Program-made: the position numbers and the translations under genes
Assembly (NCBI GenBank): GCA_030685015.1
Contig: JAUXWS010000087.1
Coordinates: forward strand, 97,684-161,683
DNA length: 64,000 nucleotides
Direction: 5' to 3'
Source: a bacterium
GTDB taxonomy: Bacteria; CAIWAD01
Shown here: one piece after another, positions 9,772 through 18,810 of the stretch
How the letters are laid out: each line of letters begins with the position of its first letter
Position numbering within the stretch: position 1 is the first letter of the stretch
Notes under the pieces: model-generated
What the model saw: only the letters and a program-made list of their open reading frames with translations
The model's database searches: none
What the model was told of the DNA's origin: nothing

Positions 9772-10350
9772 ATGCGTCAGAAGACAGGTGACAAGCACGG
9801 CGCCATCCTGAAAGCCGCCGTCCAGGTTTTTGCCGACCAGGGCTTCGCCGAGGCGAAGGTGGCCCGCATCGCCCGCGTGGCCGGAGTGGCCACGGGCAGC
9901 GTCTACAACTACTTCGACAGCAAGGAGGACCTCCTCCACTCCATCTTCCGCGACATGTGGACCCGCATCCTGGAGGATCTGGCCGAGCTGGCCGGGCAGA
10001 CGGAAGTGCCGTCCGACCAGCGGCTGGAGCGCATGGTGGACACGGTTTTCGACCGCTTCAGCGACGACGCCAACCTGGCGCGCGTCTTCGTCAACGAGCA
10101 AAGCTTCTGGATGCATCGCTGGGAGGGGGAGCTGGAGCAGCTCTACGGCCGCTTCATGGAGCTGCTGGGGCGCACCCTGCAGGATGCCGGCTTGCGGTCG
10201 CAGATGGATCCGACCATCCAGCGCTACCTGGTCTTCGGCGCCGTGCGCCAGCTCATCCACCAGTGGGTGGACCCCAAGTGCGCCTTCACCCGGGAGCAGG
10301 CCCATGCGCAAATCCTGCTGCTCCTGCACTCCTTGACCGGCCAGGACTGA
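9772..10350 (+). CDS. TetR/AcrR-family transcriptional regulator
   Basis: N-terminal HTH: ILKAAVQVFADQGFAEAKVARIARVAGVATGSVYNYFDSKEDLL. Confidence 0.85.
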   Translation: MRQKTGDKHGAILKAAVQVFADQGFAEAKVARIARVAGVATGSVYNYFDSKEDLLHSIFRDMWTRILEDLAELAGQTEVPSDQRLERMVDTVFDRFSDDANLARVFVNEQSFWMHRWEGELEQLYGRFMELLGRTLQDAGLRSQMDPTIQRYLVFGAVRQLIHQWVDPKCAFTREQAHAQILLLLHSLTGQD

Positions 10351-10372
10351 GCAAAAGCCGGCATCGCCCTGG

Positions 10373-10448
10373 CCATCTCATCGCCATCTCATCGCCTCTC
10401 ATCGCTATCGCTATCGATCCCGATACCGATAGCGATATCGATATCGAT
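10373..10448. repeat. ATCG-rich direct/inverted repeat tract between convergent genes (possible bidirectional terminator)
   Basis: catctcatcgc occurs twice in tandem (10375-10396) followed by a diverged copy ctctcatcgc (10397-10406). It is followed by atcgctatcg (10401-10410), which pairs with cgatagcgat (10427-10436), and by a gatatcgatatcgat palindrome. Confidence 0.4.
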
Positions 10449-10474
10449 TTGGAGAAACTCGAGCCGGCCTGGGT

Positions 10475-11506
10475 TCACAACTGCACGAAGCCCACCTTGC
10501 GCTGGACCTTGCCCAACATGCGGCCGGCCCTCCGACGCGCCTTCTCGGCGCCCTGGCGCAGGATCTCCTCCAGCCCCGGCTTGTCGGCCAGCAGCTCCCG
10601 CGTCCGGGTGCGGATGGGCGTCAGCCAGGCCGCCAGCGCCTCGCCCAGCTCCTCCTTGAAAGCGCCGTAGCCCTTGCCGGCGAAGCGCTGCTCCAGGCTG
10701 GCGAAGTCCTCGCCCGTGGCGGCCCGGAAGAGGGTCATCAGGTTGCTCACCCCGGGTCGTCCCTCTGGATCATAGGCGATGCTGTCCCCCGAGTCCGTCA
10801 CCGCCCGGCGGATCTTGCCCTTGATCTCCCCCGGCTCGTCCAGCAGGAAGATGGTGGCGTTGGGGTCGGAATCGGACTTGGACATCTTGGCCGCGGGGTC
10901 CTGCAGGCTCATGATGCGGGCGCCCTCGGCCCGGGGCGGAATCCAGGGCTCGGGCAGGGTGAAAGTCTCGCTGTAGAGATGGTTGAAGCGCTGGGCCAGG
11001 TCGCGCGCCAACTCCAGATGCTGCTTCTGGTCCTCCCCGACGGGAACTTTGTCCGCGTCGTAGAGCAGGATGTCGGCGGCCATCAGCACGGGGTAGGTGA
11101 GCAGGCCCGTGTTGATGTTCTTCTCGTTCTTGCGGGCCTTGTCCTTGAACTGGGTCATGCGCTGCAGCTGGCCCAGGGGTGCGATGCAGCTGAGGATCCA
11201 GGCCAGCTCGCTGTGCTGGGGAACGTGGCTCTGGATGAAGACCGTGTGGCGCGCCGGGTCGATTCCCGCCGCCAGGTAGAGGGCGAGGGCCTCCAGGCAT
11301 TGCCGGCGCAGGTCGGCGGGCTTCTGCCAGACGGTGATGGCGTGCATGTCCACCAGCATGTAGAAGCACTCGTGGTCCTCCTGCAGCCGGACCCAGTTGC
11401 GCATGGCGCCAAGGTAGTTGCCGATCATCAGGCGTCCGCTGGGTTGGATGCCTGACAGGATGACCGGCAGGCGGGGCGGAGTCGGGGCGGGGGTCGATGG
11501 GTCCAT
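10475..11506 (-). CDS. trpS: Tryptophan--tRNA ligase
   Basis: Begins MDPSTPAP...ILSGIQPSGRLMIGNYLGA. It has a class I HIGH-type region, a KMSKS motif (AAKMSKSD) and a typical length of 343 aa. Confidence 0.9.
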   Translation of the reverse strand: MDPSTPAPTPPRLPVILSGIQPSGRLMIGNYLGAMRNWVRLQEDHECFYMLVDMHAITVWQKPADLRRQCLEALALYLAAGIDPARHTVFIQSHVPQHSELAWILSCIAPLGQLQRMTQFKDKARKNEKNINTGLLTYPVLMAADILLYDADKVPVGEDQKQHLELARDLAQRFNHLYSETFTLPEPWIPPRAEGARIMSLQDPAAKMSKSDSDPNATIFLLDEPGEIKGKIRRAVTDSGDSIAYDPEGRPGVSNLMTLFRAATGEDFASLEQRFAGKGYGAFKEELGEALAAWLTPIRTRTRELLADKPGLEEILRQGAEKARRRAGRMLGKVQRKVGFVQL

Positions 11507-11517
11507 GAATCCTCGCT

Positions 11518-12699
11518 TCAACAGGAAGAGCTTAGAATCTCCTTGACGGCGGCCTCGTGGTAATCGTCCATCCCCCAGGCGCCAGCCTGGCGGGCGACGT
11601 TGGCGGCGATCTCGTCGTGCCGCTCCGGACCCACCCCCGCCTCGCCCAGGCGGGTGGGGCTGCCGATCTCCCGGTACCAGGCCTCGATGGCGCCGATGCA
11701 CGCCTGCGCCCCCGACTGGATGGTGGCGGAAGCCGGCAGGCCGAAGACCCTCTCCCCCAGGCGGGCGAGGCGGGCGGCCAGCGGGGCGGCGGCGGGCTGT
11801 TCCAGGCGCCAGCGCAGCCAGCCGGGAAAGAGGGCGGACAGACCGGCGCCATGGGCCAGGTCCGTGATGGCGCTCACCGCATGCTCGATCAGGTGGACGG
11901 GAAAGGGGGCCGGCCCCATCCCGGCGCTGGTGACGCCGTTGAGGGCCATGGTGGCCGTCCACATGAAATCGCCGCGCGCCTCCAGGTCGAGGGGGTCGCG
12001 CCGCAGGCGCGCGCCGCAGTCCACCAGGCAGCGGATGAGGGCCTCCTTCAACTCCAGCTGGACGATGGGCCGCGCCACGGGCGTGTTGGCATAGGGTTCC
12101 ATCACGTGGGCGAAAGCGTCCGACAGGCCGTTGGCCGTCTGCTCCCAGGGCAGGGTGAGGGTGAGGGCGGGGTCGAGCAGGGAGACGCGCGGATGGGTGT
12201 GCAGGCTGGAGAAAAAAGTCTTCTCCCGCGTCTCCTCCCTCGTCACCACGGCGCCGCCGTTCATCTCGCTGCCGGTGGCGGCCAGGGTGAGGACGGCGAC
12301 CAGGGGCAGGGCGGCCTGGACCGTGGCCGCGCCGCTGAAGAAGTCCCACACGTCGTGCTCGGCCAGGGCGCCGGCGGCGATGGCCTTGGCGCTGTCCACC
12401 ACGCTGCCGCCCCCCACCGCCAGCACCAGGTCGACCTGCCGGCGCCGCGCCAGCTCGATGCCGGCCCGCACGTGGAAGAGCACGGGGTTGGGCCGCACCC
12501 CCTCGTGGAGGATGGCCTCCACTCCCGCCGCCGCCAGCTGGGCCTCCACCTGGTCCAGCAGGCCGCTGCGGCGCGCGCTGCCCTGCCCGGCCACGAGCAG
12601 GGCCCGCCGGCCCAGGGCGCGGCAGGCCTCGCCCACCCGGGACGACACGCCGGGGCCGAACTCGATCCGGGTCGGATTCTGGAAGACGAAGGGATTCAT
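11518..12699 (-). CDS. Iron-containing (group III) alcohol dehydrogenase, YqhD/butanol dehydrogenase-like
   Basis: MNPFVFQNPTRIEFGPG..., LAVGGGSVVDSAKAIA and conserved His clusters. 393 aa. Confidence 0.85.
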   Translation of the reverse strand: MNPFVFQNPTRIEFGPGVSSRVGEACRALGRRALLVAGQGSARRSGLLDQVEAQLAAAGVEAILHEGVRPNPVLFHVRAGIELARRRQVDLVLAVGGGSVVDSAKAIAAGALAEHDVWDFFSGAATVQAALPLVAVLTLAATGSEMNGGAVVTREETREKTFFSSLHTHPRVSLLDPALTLTLPWEQTANGLSDAFAHVMEPYANTPVARPIVQLELKEALIRCLVDCGARLRRDPLDLEARGDFMWTATMALNGVTSAGMGPAPFPVHLIEHAVSAITDLAHGAGLSALFPGWLRWRLEQPAAAPLAARLARLGERVFGLPASATIQSGAQACIGAIEAWYREIGSPTRLGEAGVGPERHDEIAANVARQAGAWGMDDYHEAAVKEILSSSC

Positions 12700-13409
12700 C
12701 GCTTGCCGCCTCCTCGTGGGCTATCCGCGACCAGGATCCGATGCCCATCCAGGACGAGCCGGATCGACCCCCGGCCCTCGCGCGGGGTCTTGCGCTGCCG
12801 CATGGCGCCGCGCAGCCGTTCATAGTGGCGCTGGAGCTCCGGGCCGAGGGCCAGCTCGACCCGCACCGCGGCGGGCAGCCAGTGGCCGCCCACGGACAAC
12901 CAGTCGTTCTCCAGCCGCAGGGTCTCCAATGTATCGTGCCAGGTGCTGACCTGGGTGACCAGCCAGCGCAGGGTGTCCACGCAATAGTCCATGCGCGCCA
13001 GCAGGCCGTCCTCGCGGAAACTGCCGGCCAGGCGGACGCTGTGGGGCGGATCGCCGGCGCGGGGTGGCAACCGGCGCGGCTCGGAAAGACCGGCGAAGAG
13101 GCTGTCCGCCGTCCACATCATCGCCCGGCGCGGGAGCAGGACGAAGCCCTTGGCCTCGAATGAGAAACTGTCCGGTGGCGTGAAGCGCAATCCGGCCTGC
13201 CTGCCCTTGACGCGCATGCCGGGCAGGTCGATGTCGATGAGCAGGCGGGCGCTCCAGGCCGGCAGTTTCTCCTGGGCGGCCCTGACGCGCTGGATGAGAC
13301 GCTCCGCCTCCGCGCGGCCGCTTACCGTCCCCGTGGCCGGCACGGCCGTCCAGGTGGCGGCCAGCAGGATGAGCAGGACCATGGGCAGGGCCGGGAAAAG
13401 GGTTCTCAT
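12696..13409 (-). CDS. Exported protein, possibly LolA-like/lipoprotein-sorting fold
   Basis: Signal peptide MRTLFPALPMVLLILLAATWTAVPA. ATGA overlaps with both neighbours. The functional guess is weak. Confidence 0.45.
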   Translation of the reverse strand: MRTLFPALPMVLLILLAATWTAVPATGTVSGRAEAERLIQRVRAAQEKLPAWSARLLIDIDLPGMRVKGRQAGLRFTPPDSFSFEAKGFVLLPRRAMMWTADSLFAGLSEPRRLPPRAGDPPHSVRLAGSFREDGLLARMDYCVDTLRWLVTQVSTWHDTLETLRLENDWLSVGGHWLPAAVRVELALGPELQRHYERLRGAMRQRKTPREGRGSIRLVLDGHRILVADSPRGGGKR

Positions 13410-14245
13410 GACAGGATGTCCTTCCGCAGGAAGGCGCCGGCGGCCGCCCCGGTGAAGAGGGCGGTCCAGGCCGCCAGGCATGTCAGGCTGCGCCCCAGCT
13501 CGCCCAGCGGCAGCGGATCCTCCAGGGCCAGGCTCCACACATCGAAGTGCGAGGTGGGCAGCCAGGGCCGCACGCCGTCGAAGAGCGCCAGGGGCAGGTT
13601 GGAGACGGCGAGCAGCACGATGAGGATGGCCATGCTGCCCACGATCGGTCCGATCGGGTGTTCCACCAGGGTGCCCACCCAGAAAGCCAGGGCGGCCACG
13701 CAGGCCATCGCCGCCGCCGCGCAGAGATAGGCCAGGGCGAGACGGGGAAGCGCCTCCTCCTCGGCCAGCAGGACCAGGCCGTCGGCCCCCGCCACCAGCA
13801 CGTCGCCGCTGCCCATCAGCAGCAGGCCGACGCCGACCGACACCACGGCCAGGAGGGCCACCAGGCTGAGAGCGTAGAGCTGGGCCACAAGGTATTTGGC
13901 GGCCAGCACCTGCCAGCGCGCGGGACGCCGCGTCAGCCAGACCCGCCAGGTGCCCCGCACCGCCTCGCCGGAAAGGATGTCGCCGGCCACCAGGGTGATG
14001 AGGAAGGGAACGTGCACCCAGAGGAAGTTCATGACAATGACCGTCGCCGTGTAGCCGTTCATCACGCTGCCCACGACGAAGAACTGCTCCTCGAGGCCGC
14101 GCAGGAACTGGGCGGCCAGTTGCTCGCCGCCGGCGGCCAGACCCCAGAGGATGAGCGGCACCACGACCAGGATGGCGGCGTAGCCGATGCCGGTGCGGGC
14201 CAGACGGCTGGTCTTGGCCACCTCGGCCAGGAAGAGGGTCAACAC
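13406..14245 (-). CDS. ABC-2 type transporter permease
   Basis: GTG start overlaps the ATPase stop (GTGTTGA). Six predicted hydrophobic helices. It lies immediately downstream of the ABC ATPase. Confidence 0.6.
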   Translation of the reverse strand: MLTLFLAEVAKTSRLARTGIGYAAILVVVPLILWGLAAGGEQLAAQFLRGLEEQFFVVGSVMNGYTATVIVMNFLWVHVPFLITLVAGDILSGEAVRGTWRVWLTRRPARWQVLAAKYLVAQLYALSLVALLAVVSVGVGLLLMGSGDVLVAGADGLVLLAEEEALPRLALAYLCAAAAMACVAALAFWVGTLVEHPIGPIVGSMAILIVLLAVSNLPLALFDGVRPWLPTSHFDVWSLALEDPLPLGELGRSLTCLAAWTALFTGAAAGAFLRKDILS

Positions 14246-15180
14246 GGCTCCTCCCCGCCCGCCAGCGAGAAGAGCAGGTCCTCCAGTGAATCCCGCGGTC
14301 GGAACTCGGCCAGCCCCAGGTCGGCGGCGGCCAATTGCGCCACCAGGGCCGGCGCGTCCAGGTCCGGCGCCTGGAAGGCCAGGCGCCCGCCCCTCTCCTC
14401 CAGTCCGCACAGGCCGGGGACCCGGGCCAGGATCTGTCTGGCGCGGTCTCTGTCACGACAGAGGATCTCCCAGCGCCGACCGCCGTGGCGCTCGAAGAGT
14501 GTGCCCGGCTCCCCGTCGGCCACGCGGCGGCCTCGGTGCAGCACAAGCAGACGGTCGGCGAGCAGGTGAACCTCGCCCAGCAAATGGCTGGAGAAAAGGA
14601 CGGCCATGCCCTCCTCGCCGGCCAGGCGGCGGATCCAGTCCCGCATGCGGCGCATGCCGGCGGGGTCCAGGCCAGTCATCGGCTCGTCCAGCAGCAGGAG
14701 GCGCGGCCGGTGGAGGATGGCCTGGGCCAGGCCCAGGCGCTGCTTCATGCCCTGGCTGTACACCTTGACGCGGTCGCCGGCGCGGGCGGCCAGGCCCACC
14801 TGGGCCAGCACCTCCTCGACGCGCCGCTCGTCGCGCACGCCCTGCAGCCGGCCCAGCCAGCGCAGGTTGTCGCGGGCGCTGAGCTGGGGATAGAGGTCAG
14901 CCCGCTCGACCAGGGCGCCCACGCCGGCCAGGACGCGCCGATGACCGCCCGGGAAGGTCTCGCCCAGGAGGCGGAAGCTGCCGGACGTGGGGCGGACCAG
15001 GCCGAGCAGCATGCGCAGGGTCGTGCTCTTGCCGGCCCCGTTGGGTCCCAGGAAGCCGAGGATCTCACCAGGCGCCAGGCTGAAGGTCAGATCCTCGACG
15101 GCCATCCGCCGGCCAAAGCGTTTGCCCAACCCGTGGACGGCAAGAATGGGATCCGGGCTGAAGGTCGATGAGCTGGCCAT
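14239..15180 (-). CDS. ABC transporter ATP-binding protein
   Basis: Walker A GPNGAGKST, signature YSQGMKQRLGLA and Walker B LLLLDEP. The start was chosen at MASSSTF. Confidence 0.9.
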   Translation of the reverse strand: MASSSTFSPDPILAVHGLGKRFGRRMAVEDLTFSLAPGEILGFLGPNGAGKSTTLRMLLGLVRPTSGSFRLLGETFPGGHRRVLAGVGALVERADLYPQLSARDNLRWLGRLQGVRDERRVEEVLAQVGLAARAGDRVKVYSQGMKQRLGLAQAILHRPRLLLLDEPMTGLDPAGMRRMRDWIRRLAGEEGMAVLFSSHLLGEVHLLADRLLVLHRGRRVADGEPGTLFERHGGRRWEILCRDRDRARQILARVPGLCGLEERGGRLAFQAPDLDAPALVAQLAAADLGLAEFRPRDSLEDLLFSLAGGEEPC

Positions 15181-15334
15181 GGTCGAACCTATGACATCCT
15201 TGCCCATCATGCCATCCCTGGACATGTATCACAGCTGTTTCAGGATGGGGCCGGGCGCCCACCGACGGACATGTGCCGGAGATAGATTCAGACAATTGGT
15301 GGTCAATACATGCGCTATTCGTTATTGGCGAGAG

Positions 15335-15477
15335 CCTGGCACCGACCTGGCACCGGCCTGGCACCGGCCTGGCACCGACCTGGCACCGGCCTGGCACCGG
15401 CCTGGCACCGGCCTGGCACCGGCCTGGCACTGACCTGGCACCGACCTGGCACCGGCCTGGCACCGGCCTGGCACCCA
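15335..15477. repeat. Tandem repeat, 11-bp unit CCTGGCACCGG, about 13 copies
   Basis: Read directly. Units lie at 15335, 15346, 15357 ... 15467 with a few A/T substitutions. The unit length is not a multiple of 3, and the tract is intergenic between divergent operons. Confidence 0.9.
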
Positions 15478-15522
15478 GCTTGGCCGAGCGGGTTTTTCGC
15501 GAGCAAAGCGCCATGTTCCGGC

Positions 15523-17190
15523 ATGAACACATGCGTCCTCTGCCTGGTGGCCGTCTTGATGTCAGCCACCGCTTCCCGCGCCCAATGGTTGCGCACCATC
15601 CATGACGGCTTCACCGATGAGTGGACCGGCTGGCCGGTCCTGGCCGTGGACCCGGCCGGCGACCATGCCGTCGATCTGCAACTCCTGCAGGCCGCGCGGG
15701 ACGAGACCAGCCTGACCTTCCGCTTGCGTCTGGGAACCGAATTCCTGCTGCAGGAGAGCAATACCCTGCGCATGTTGCTGGACACGGACTGCAACCCCGC
15801 CACGGGCACCTCCGTCGAGGGCCTGGGCGCTGAACTGGTCTGGACCTTCGGATCCCGCAGCGGCACCTATCGCCAGGGCGCCACCACCATCACCGTGCGC
15901 CACCAGCATCTGGGCCTGCGCACCCTGCCGACCCATTCCAGCACCGACTACGAGATCACCCTGGACCTGGCCGCCCTGCCCGATGGCACGCACCCGCTCT
16001 TCCCCCTGGATTCCCTGCGCGCCGTCTTCCAAGTGCCGAGCGGCGACCGGCTGCCCGCCGCGGGCCACGCCACGGTGCAGATCGGGTCCGGCAGCCTGCC
16101 CGCCCTCCCCAACACGCCCCTGCCGCGAACCGGCGATGGCACCCTGCGGGTGGCGGCCTGGAACGTCCTCTTCGGCAGTCTCTTCGACACCGGCCTGACC
16201 GCCTCCTACGATCGCCTGCTCACCGCCCTGGCGCCGGACATCATCGCCTTCGAGGAGGTCTGGGACCAATCGGCGGCGCAGACCGTGACGCGACTGAACC
16301 AGCTGGTTCCCGAACTGGGCCCCTGGACCGCCGTCAAGCGGGATGTGGGCAACATCATCGCGGCGCGCTTCCCCATTCGCACTTCCTGGCTGGTCCAGAG
16401 CGGCTATCGCGAGTCGGCCGCCCTCATCGACGCCAGCGCCGTGCTGGGTGACAGCCTGCTCTTCGTCGCCTGCCACCTGCGCGCCTCCGGCGCCAACGCC
16501 GAGCGGCAGCAGGAGGCCGACGGCTTGATCAAGTTTCTCCATGACGCGCGCAACCCCGGTGGGGCCATCACCCTGCGCGCGGGCACGCCCATCGTCCTGG
16601 CCGGCGACTTCAATCTGGTGGGGGATCGCCAACAGCTGACCACCCTGCTGACCGGGGACATCGTGGACAACGCCACCTACGGCCCGGATAGCCCACCGGA
16701 CTGGGACGGCAGCGATCTGGCCGATCTCGTGCCCCGCTTCGCCAACCGGCCCGAGGTGGCCACTTGGTGGAACAACAGCTCCACTTATCTGCCGGGGCGG
16801 CTTGATTTCATCCTGACCACGGACAGCGTCCTGGAGGCGGTGCGCTCCGGCGTGGTGGCCACGCCCTTCCTCGGGGACAGCCTGCTCGCCGCCTGGAACC
16901 TGGAGGCGGGCGACAGCTGGAGCGCCAGCGACCACTTCATTGTCTGGGCCGATCTGCGCCTGCCCCAGTCCTCGGTGGAGGCGCCGCAGCTGCACATCCA
17001 GCGACAGGCCGACGCCAGCCTGCTGCTCAGTTGGGAGGCCGTGTCCGGGGCCGCCGCCTACCGGGTCGAACAGGCCTGGACCCTGGGCGCGCCGTGGATG
17101 GAAGTGGGTGTGGTGACGGGCACGGCGCTGGTCCTGCCGCCGCCCGGCCAGACGGACCAGCGCCTCTTCCGCGCCATCGCCCTGCGCTGA
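15523..17190 (+). CDS. Secreted endonuclease/exonuclease/phosphatase (EEP) family protein with a C-terminal Fn3-like module
   Basis: The start was chosen at the signal peptide MNTCVLCLVAVLMSATASRAQ. EEP motifs are LRVAAWNV, IIAFEEV and SASDHFIVWADLRL. Confidence 0.75.
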   Translation: MNTCVLCLVAVLMSATASRAQWLRTIHDGFTDEWTGWPVLAVDPAGDHAVDLQLLQAARDETSLTFRLRLGTEFLLQESNTLRMLLDTDCNPATGTSVEGLGAELVWTFGSRSGTYRQGATTITVRHQHLGLRTLPTHSSTDYEITLDLAALPDGTHPLFPLDSLRAVFQVPSGDRLPAAGHATVQIGSGSLPALPNTPLPRTGDGTLRVAAWNVLFGSLFDTGLTASYDRLLTALAPDIIAFEEVWDQSAAQTVTRLNQLVPELGPWTAVKRDVGNIIAARFPIRTSWLVQSGYRESAALIDASAVLGDSLLFVACHLRASGANAERQQEADGLIKFLHDARNPGGAITLRAGTPIVLAGDFNLVGDRQQLTTLLTGDIVDNATYGPDSPPDWDGSDLADLVPRFANRPEVATWWNNSSTYLPGRLDFILTTDSVLEAVRSGVVATPFLGDSLLAAWNLEAGDSWSASDHFIVWADLRLPQSSVEAPQLHIQRQADASLLLSWEAVSGAAAYRVEQAWTLGAPWMEVGVVTGTALVLPPPGQTDQRLFRAIALR

Positions 17191-17192
17191 AC

Positions 17193-18431
17193 TCAGGCGG
17201 AGAAGCGCTTCAGATCCCGACCCAGGCGCCGCGCCTCGTCGCCCAGCAGGCGGCGGACCTGTTCCTCGATGGCCGCAAAGGGGTGGCCCACCAGCAGATC
17301 CGGCTTGAGCAGGGGCACGCGGTTGTGCGTCAGCTGTTGGTAATGAAGGCGCGAGGCCTGGTTGCGGAACTTCATGCCGGAAAGGAAGAGCAGCTCGAAG
17401 AGCGTGTCCGTTCGGCAGCCCAGGCTGCCCGCCATCTCCACCAGCTCCTGCTGGTGGCCGAGCAGGTACATGATGCGCACCTGGCACTCCGGCAGGCTCT
17501 GGTCCACGCCGCTGATCGCCCCTTCGCGGATGAAGCGCGCGGCCGTCTCATAGACGAAATCCGCCGGCCCGATGGGCACCTGGCTGCTCAGGATGAAGGG
17601 CTTGCCCTGCTCGCGGGCCAGCTGGAGGGCGTCCAGGGCGTTCTCGGGCAGATCGGGGTCGGCGCAGGCGTTGCCGCCGCCATAACCCGCCAGCACCACC
17701 GCCTGGCTGCGCTCCACCGCCGCGCAGTAATCGGCGGATCTGAGGAAGGGATCGCAGTAGATGAGGCGCACGCCGTCGGAGAAGCGCAGGTCCAGGCCTT
17801 CCTCGCCGGCCGCGGGTCCCTCCCCCGGCCGCCCCACGGCGCAGCGCCAGACCTGGCGGGCGATGGCCTCCATCAGCGCGCGCGTCATCTCCGCCGAATC
17901 GACCCGGCAGACGCGGTGGACGTAGATCTCGCGGAAGGCCTCGGGCATGGCCATGCGCAGGAAATCCTCCACCACGCTTTGTCCGGGTTTGAGGGGCTGG
18001 CCGTCCTCGCCGGCGGGGGAGCTGTCGATGGTGCCCCCCGTTGTGATGAGGTGCAACTCGTCCAGCACCACCGGTTCGCGCAGGCGGGCGTCCCCCGCCC
18101 GGTGCTGCACCTCGTCCCATTCCATCGTCGCGATGGGATCGCCGATGAAGGCGCTGCCGCGCCAGCGCTCCACCTTGGCCAGACTGTCGGAAAAGGCGCT
18201 GACGCCATTGTTGAAGACGGCGAAGAGCTTGGGCGGCTCCAGGATGGAAAGGAAGCGCACGGCGCCGTGGATGTTCTGGAAGCCGTCGCTGTGGGCGAAG
18301 GCGCGTTCCATGGGCACTTGGCTGCCCGTGAGGCAGACATTGCAATCCAGCTCCTTGAGGGCGTAGCGCAGGAAGGGCAGGGTCCAGGCCAGGGTGTCCG
18401 TGCCGTGGGTGACGAGAATGCCGCGCTCCAT
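17193..18431 (-). CDS. Asparaginase-family protein with an unusual motif order
   Basis: THGTDTL and TGSQVP lie near the N-terminus and TTGGTIDSS about 140 aa later. A C-terminal domain follows (GYGGGN...). See findings. Confidence 0.65.
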   Translation of the reverse strand: MERGILVTHGTDTLAWTLPFLRYALKELDCNVCLTGSQVPMERAFAHSDGFQNIHGAVRFLSILEPPKLFAVFNNGVSAFSDSLAKVERWRGSAFIGDPIATMEWDEVQHRAGDARLREPVVLDELHLITTGGTIDSSPAGEDGQPLKPGQSVVEDFLRMAMPEAFREIYVHRVCRVDSAEMTRALMEAIARQVWRCAVGRPGEGPAAGEEGLDLRFSDGVRLIYCDPFLRSADYCAAVERSQAVVLAGYGGGNACADPDLPENALDALQLAREQGKPFILSSQVPIGPADFVYETAARFIREGAISGVDQSLPECQVRIMYLLGHQQELVEMAGSLGCRTDTLFELLFLSGMKFRNQASRLHYQQLTHNRVPLLKPDLLVGHPFAAIEEQVRRLLGDEARRLGRDLKRFSA

Positions 18432-18528
18432 GGGTCCTCCACTTGACCGGGGCAAGGTATCATCGCGCGGGACCAGGGCCGGCCCCCGGCCAGGGCCGGG
18501 CAGCTTGGCGGAGGACCGGCGCCCTTCC

Positions 18529-18557
18529 TTGACTTTGCCGCCGTCGGCTGCTACTCT
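18529..18557 (+). promoter_or_regulatory. Putative sigma-70-type promoter of tRNA-Asn
   Basis: TTGACT (18529-18534), a 17-nt spacer, then TACTCT (18552-18557), about 11 nt upstream of the tRNA 5' end. Confidence 0.45.
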
Positions 18558-18568
18558 TGGGGCCTGAT

Positions 18569-18641
18569 TCCTGAGTAGCTCAATCGGTAGAGCGGGTGGC
18601 TGTTAACCACTAGGTTGGGGGTTCAAGTCCCTCCTCAGGAG
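18569..18641 (+). tRNA. tRNA-Asn (anticodon GUU)
   Basis: Acceptor stem TCCTGAG/CTCAGGA, D-arm GCTCAATCGGTAGAGC, anticodon loop CTGTTAA (GTT at 18602-18604), T-arm GGGGGTTCAAGTCCCTC. CCA is not encoded. Confidence 0.9.
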
Positions 18642-18651
18642 TTTGAAGGTC

Positions 18652-18686
18652 AAAGGGTTCCGCCACAAACGGAACCCTTTCTTTTT
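18652..18686 (+). terminator. Rho-independent terminator after the tRNA
   Basis: 11-bp stem AAAGGGTTCCG/CGGAACCCTTT with a 7-nt loop, followed by CTTTTT. Confidence 0.6.
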
Positions 18687-18785
18687 GCCCCGTCTCCTTT
18701 CCGTCTCCTTGCAAACAAAAGATGCCCCACCGCTCAAGTTCGGCAGGGCAAATTGCGCCTGAGGCACTCTGCTTTCGCGCGGGCA

Positions 18786-18810
18786 CAAAAAAGGCCCCCG
18801 GATGGGGGCC
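18786..18810 (-). terminator. Rho-independent terminator at the end of the prophage late/lysis operon
   Basis: The minus strand reads GGCCCCCATCCGGGGGCC followed by TTTTTT, about 115 nt downstream of the endolysin stop. Confidence 0.5.

Noticed and set aside
15335-15477. CRISPR array
   Set aside because: The units are contiguous 11-mers with no spacers and there are no cas genes. This is a simple tandem repeat.
15310-15522. N-terminal extension of the EEP gene through the tandem repeat (AWHRPGTGLAP... repeats) and the mirror ORFs 15065-15532 and 15315-15866
   Set aside because: The 11-bp unit is not a multiple of 3, so all frames read the same 11-aa repeat on both strands. A good signal peptide starts at 15523. 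The repeat is therefore treated as non-coding.
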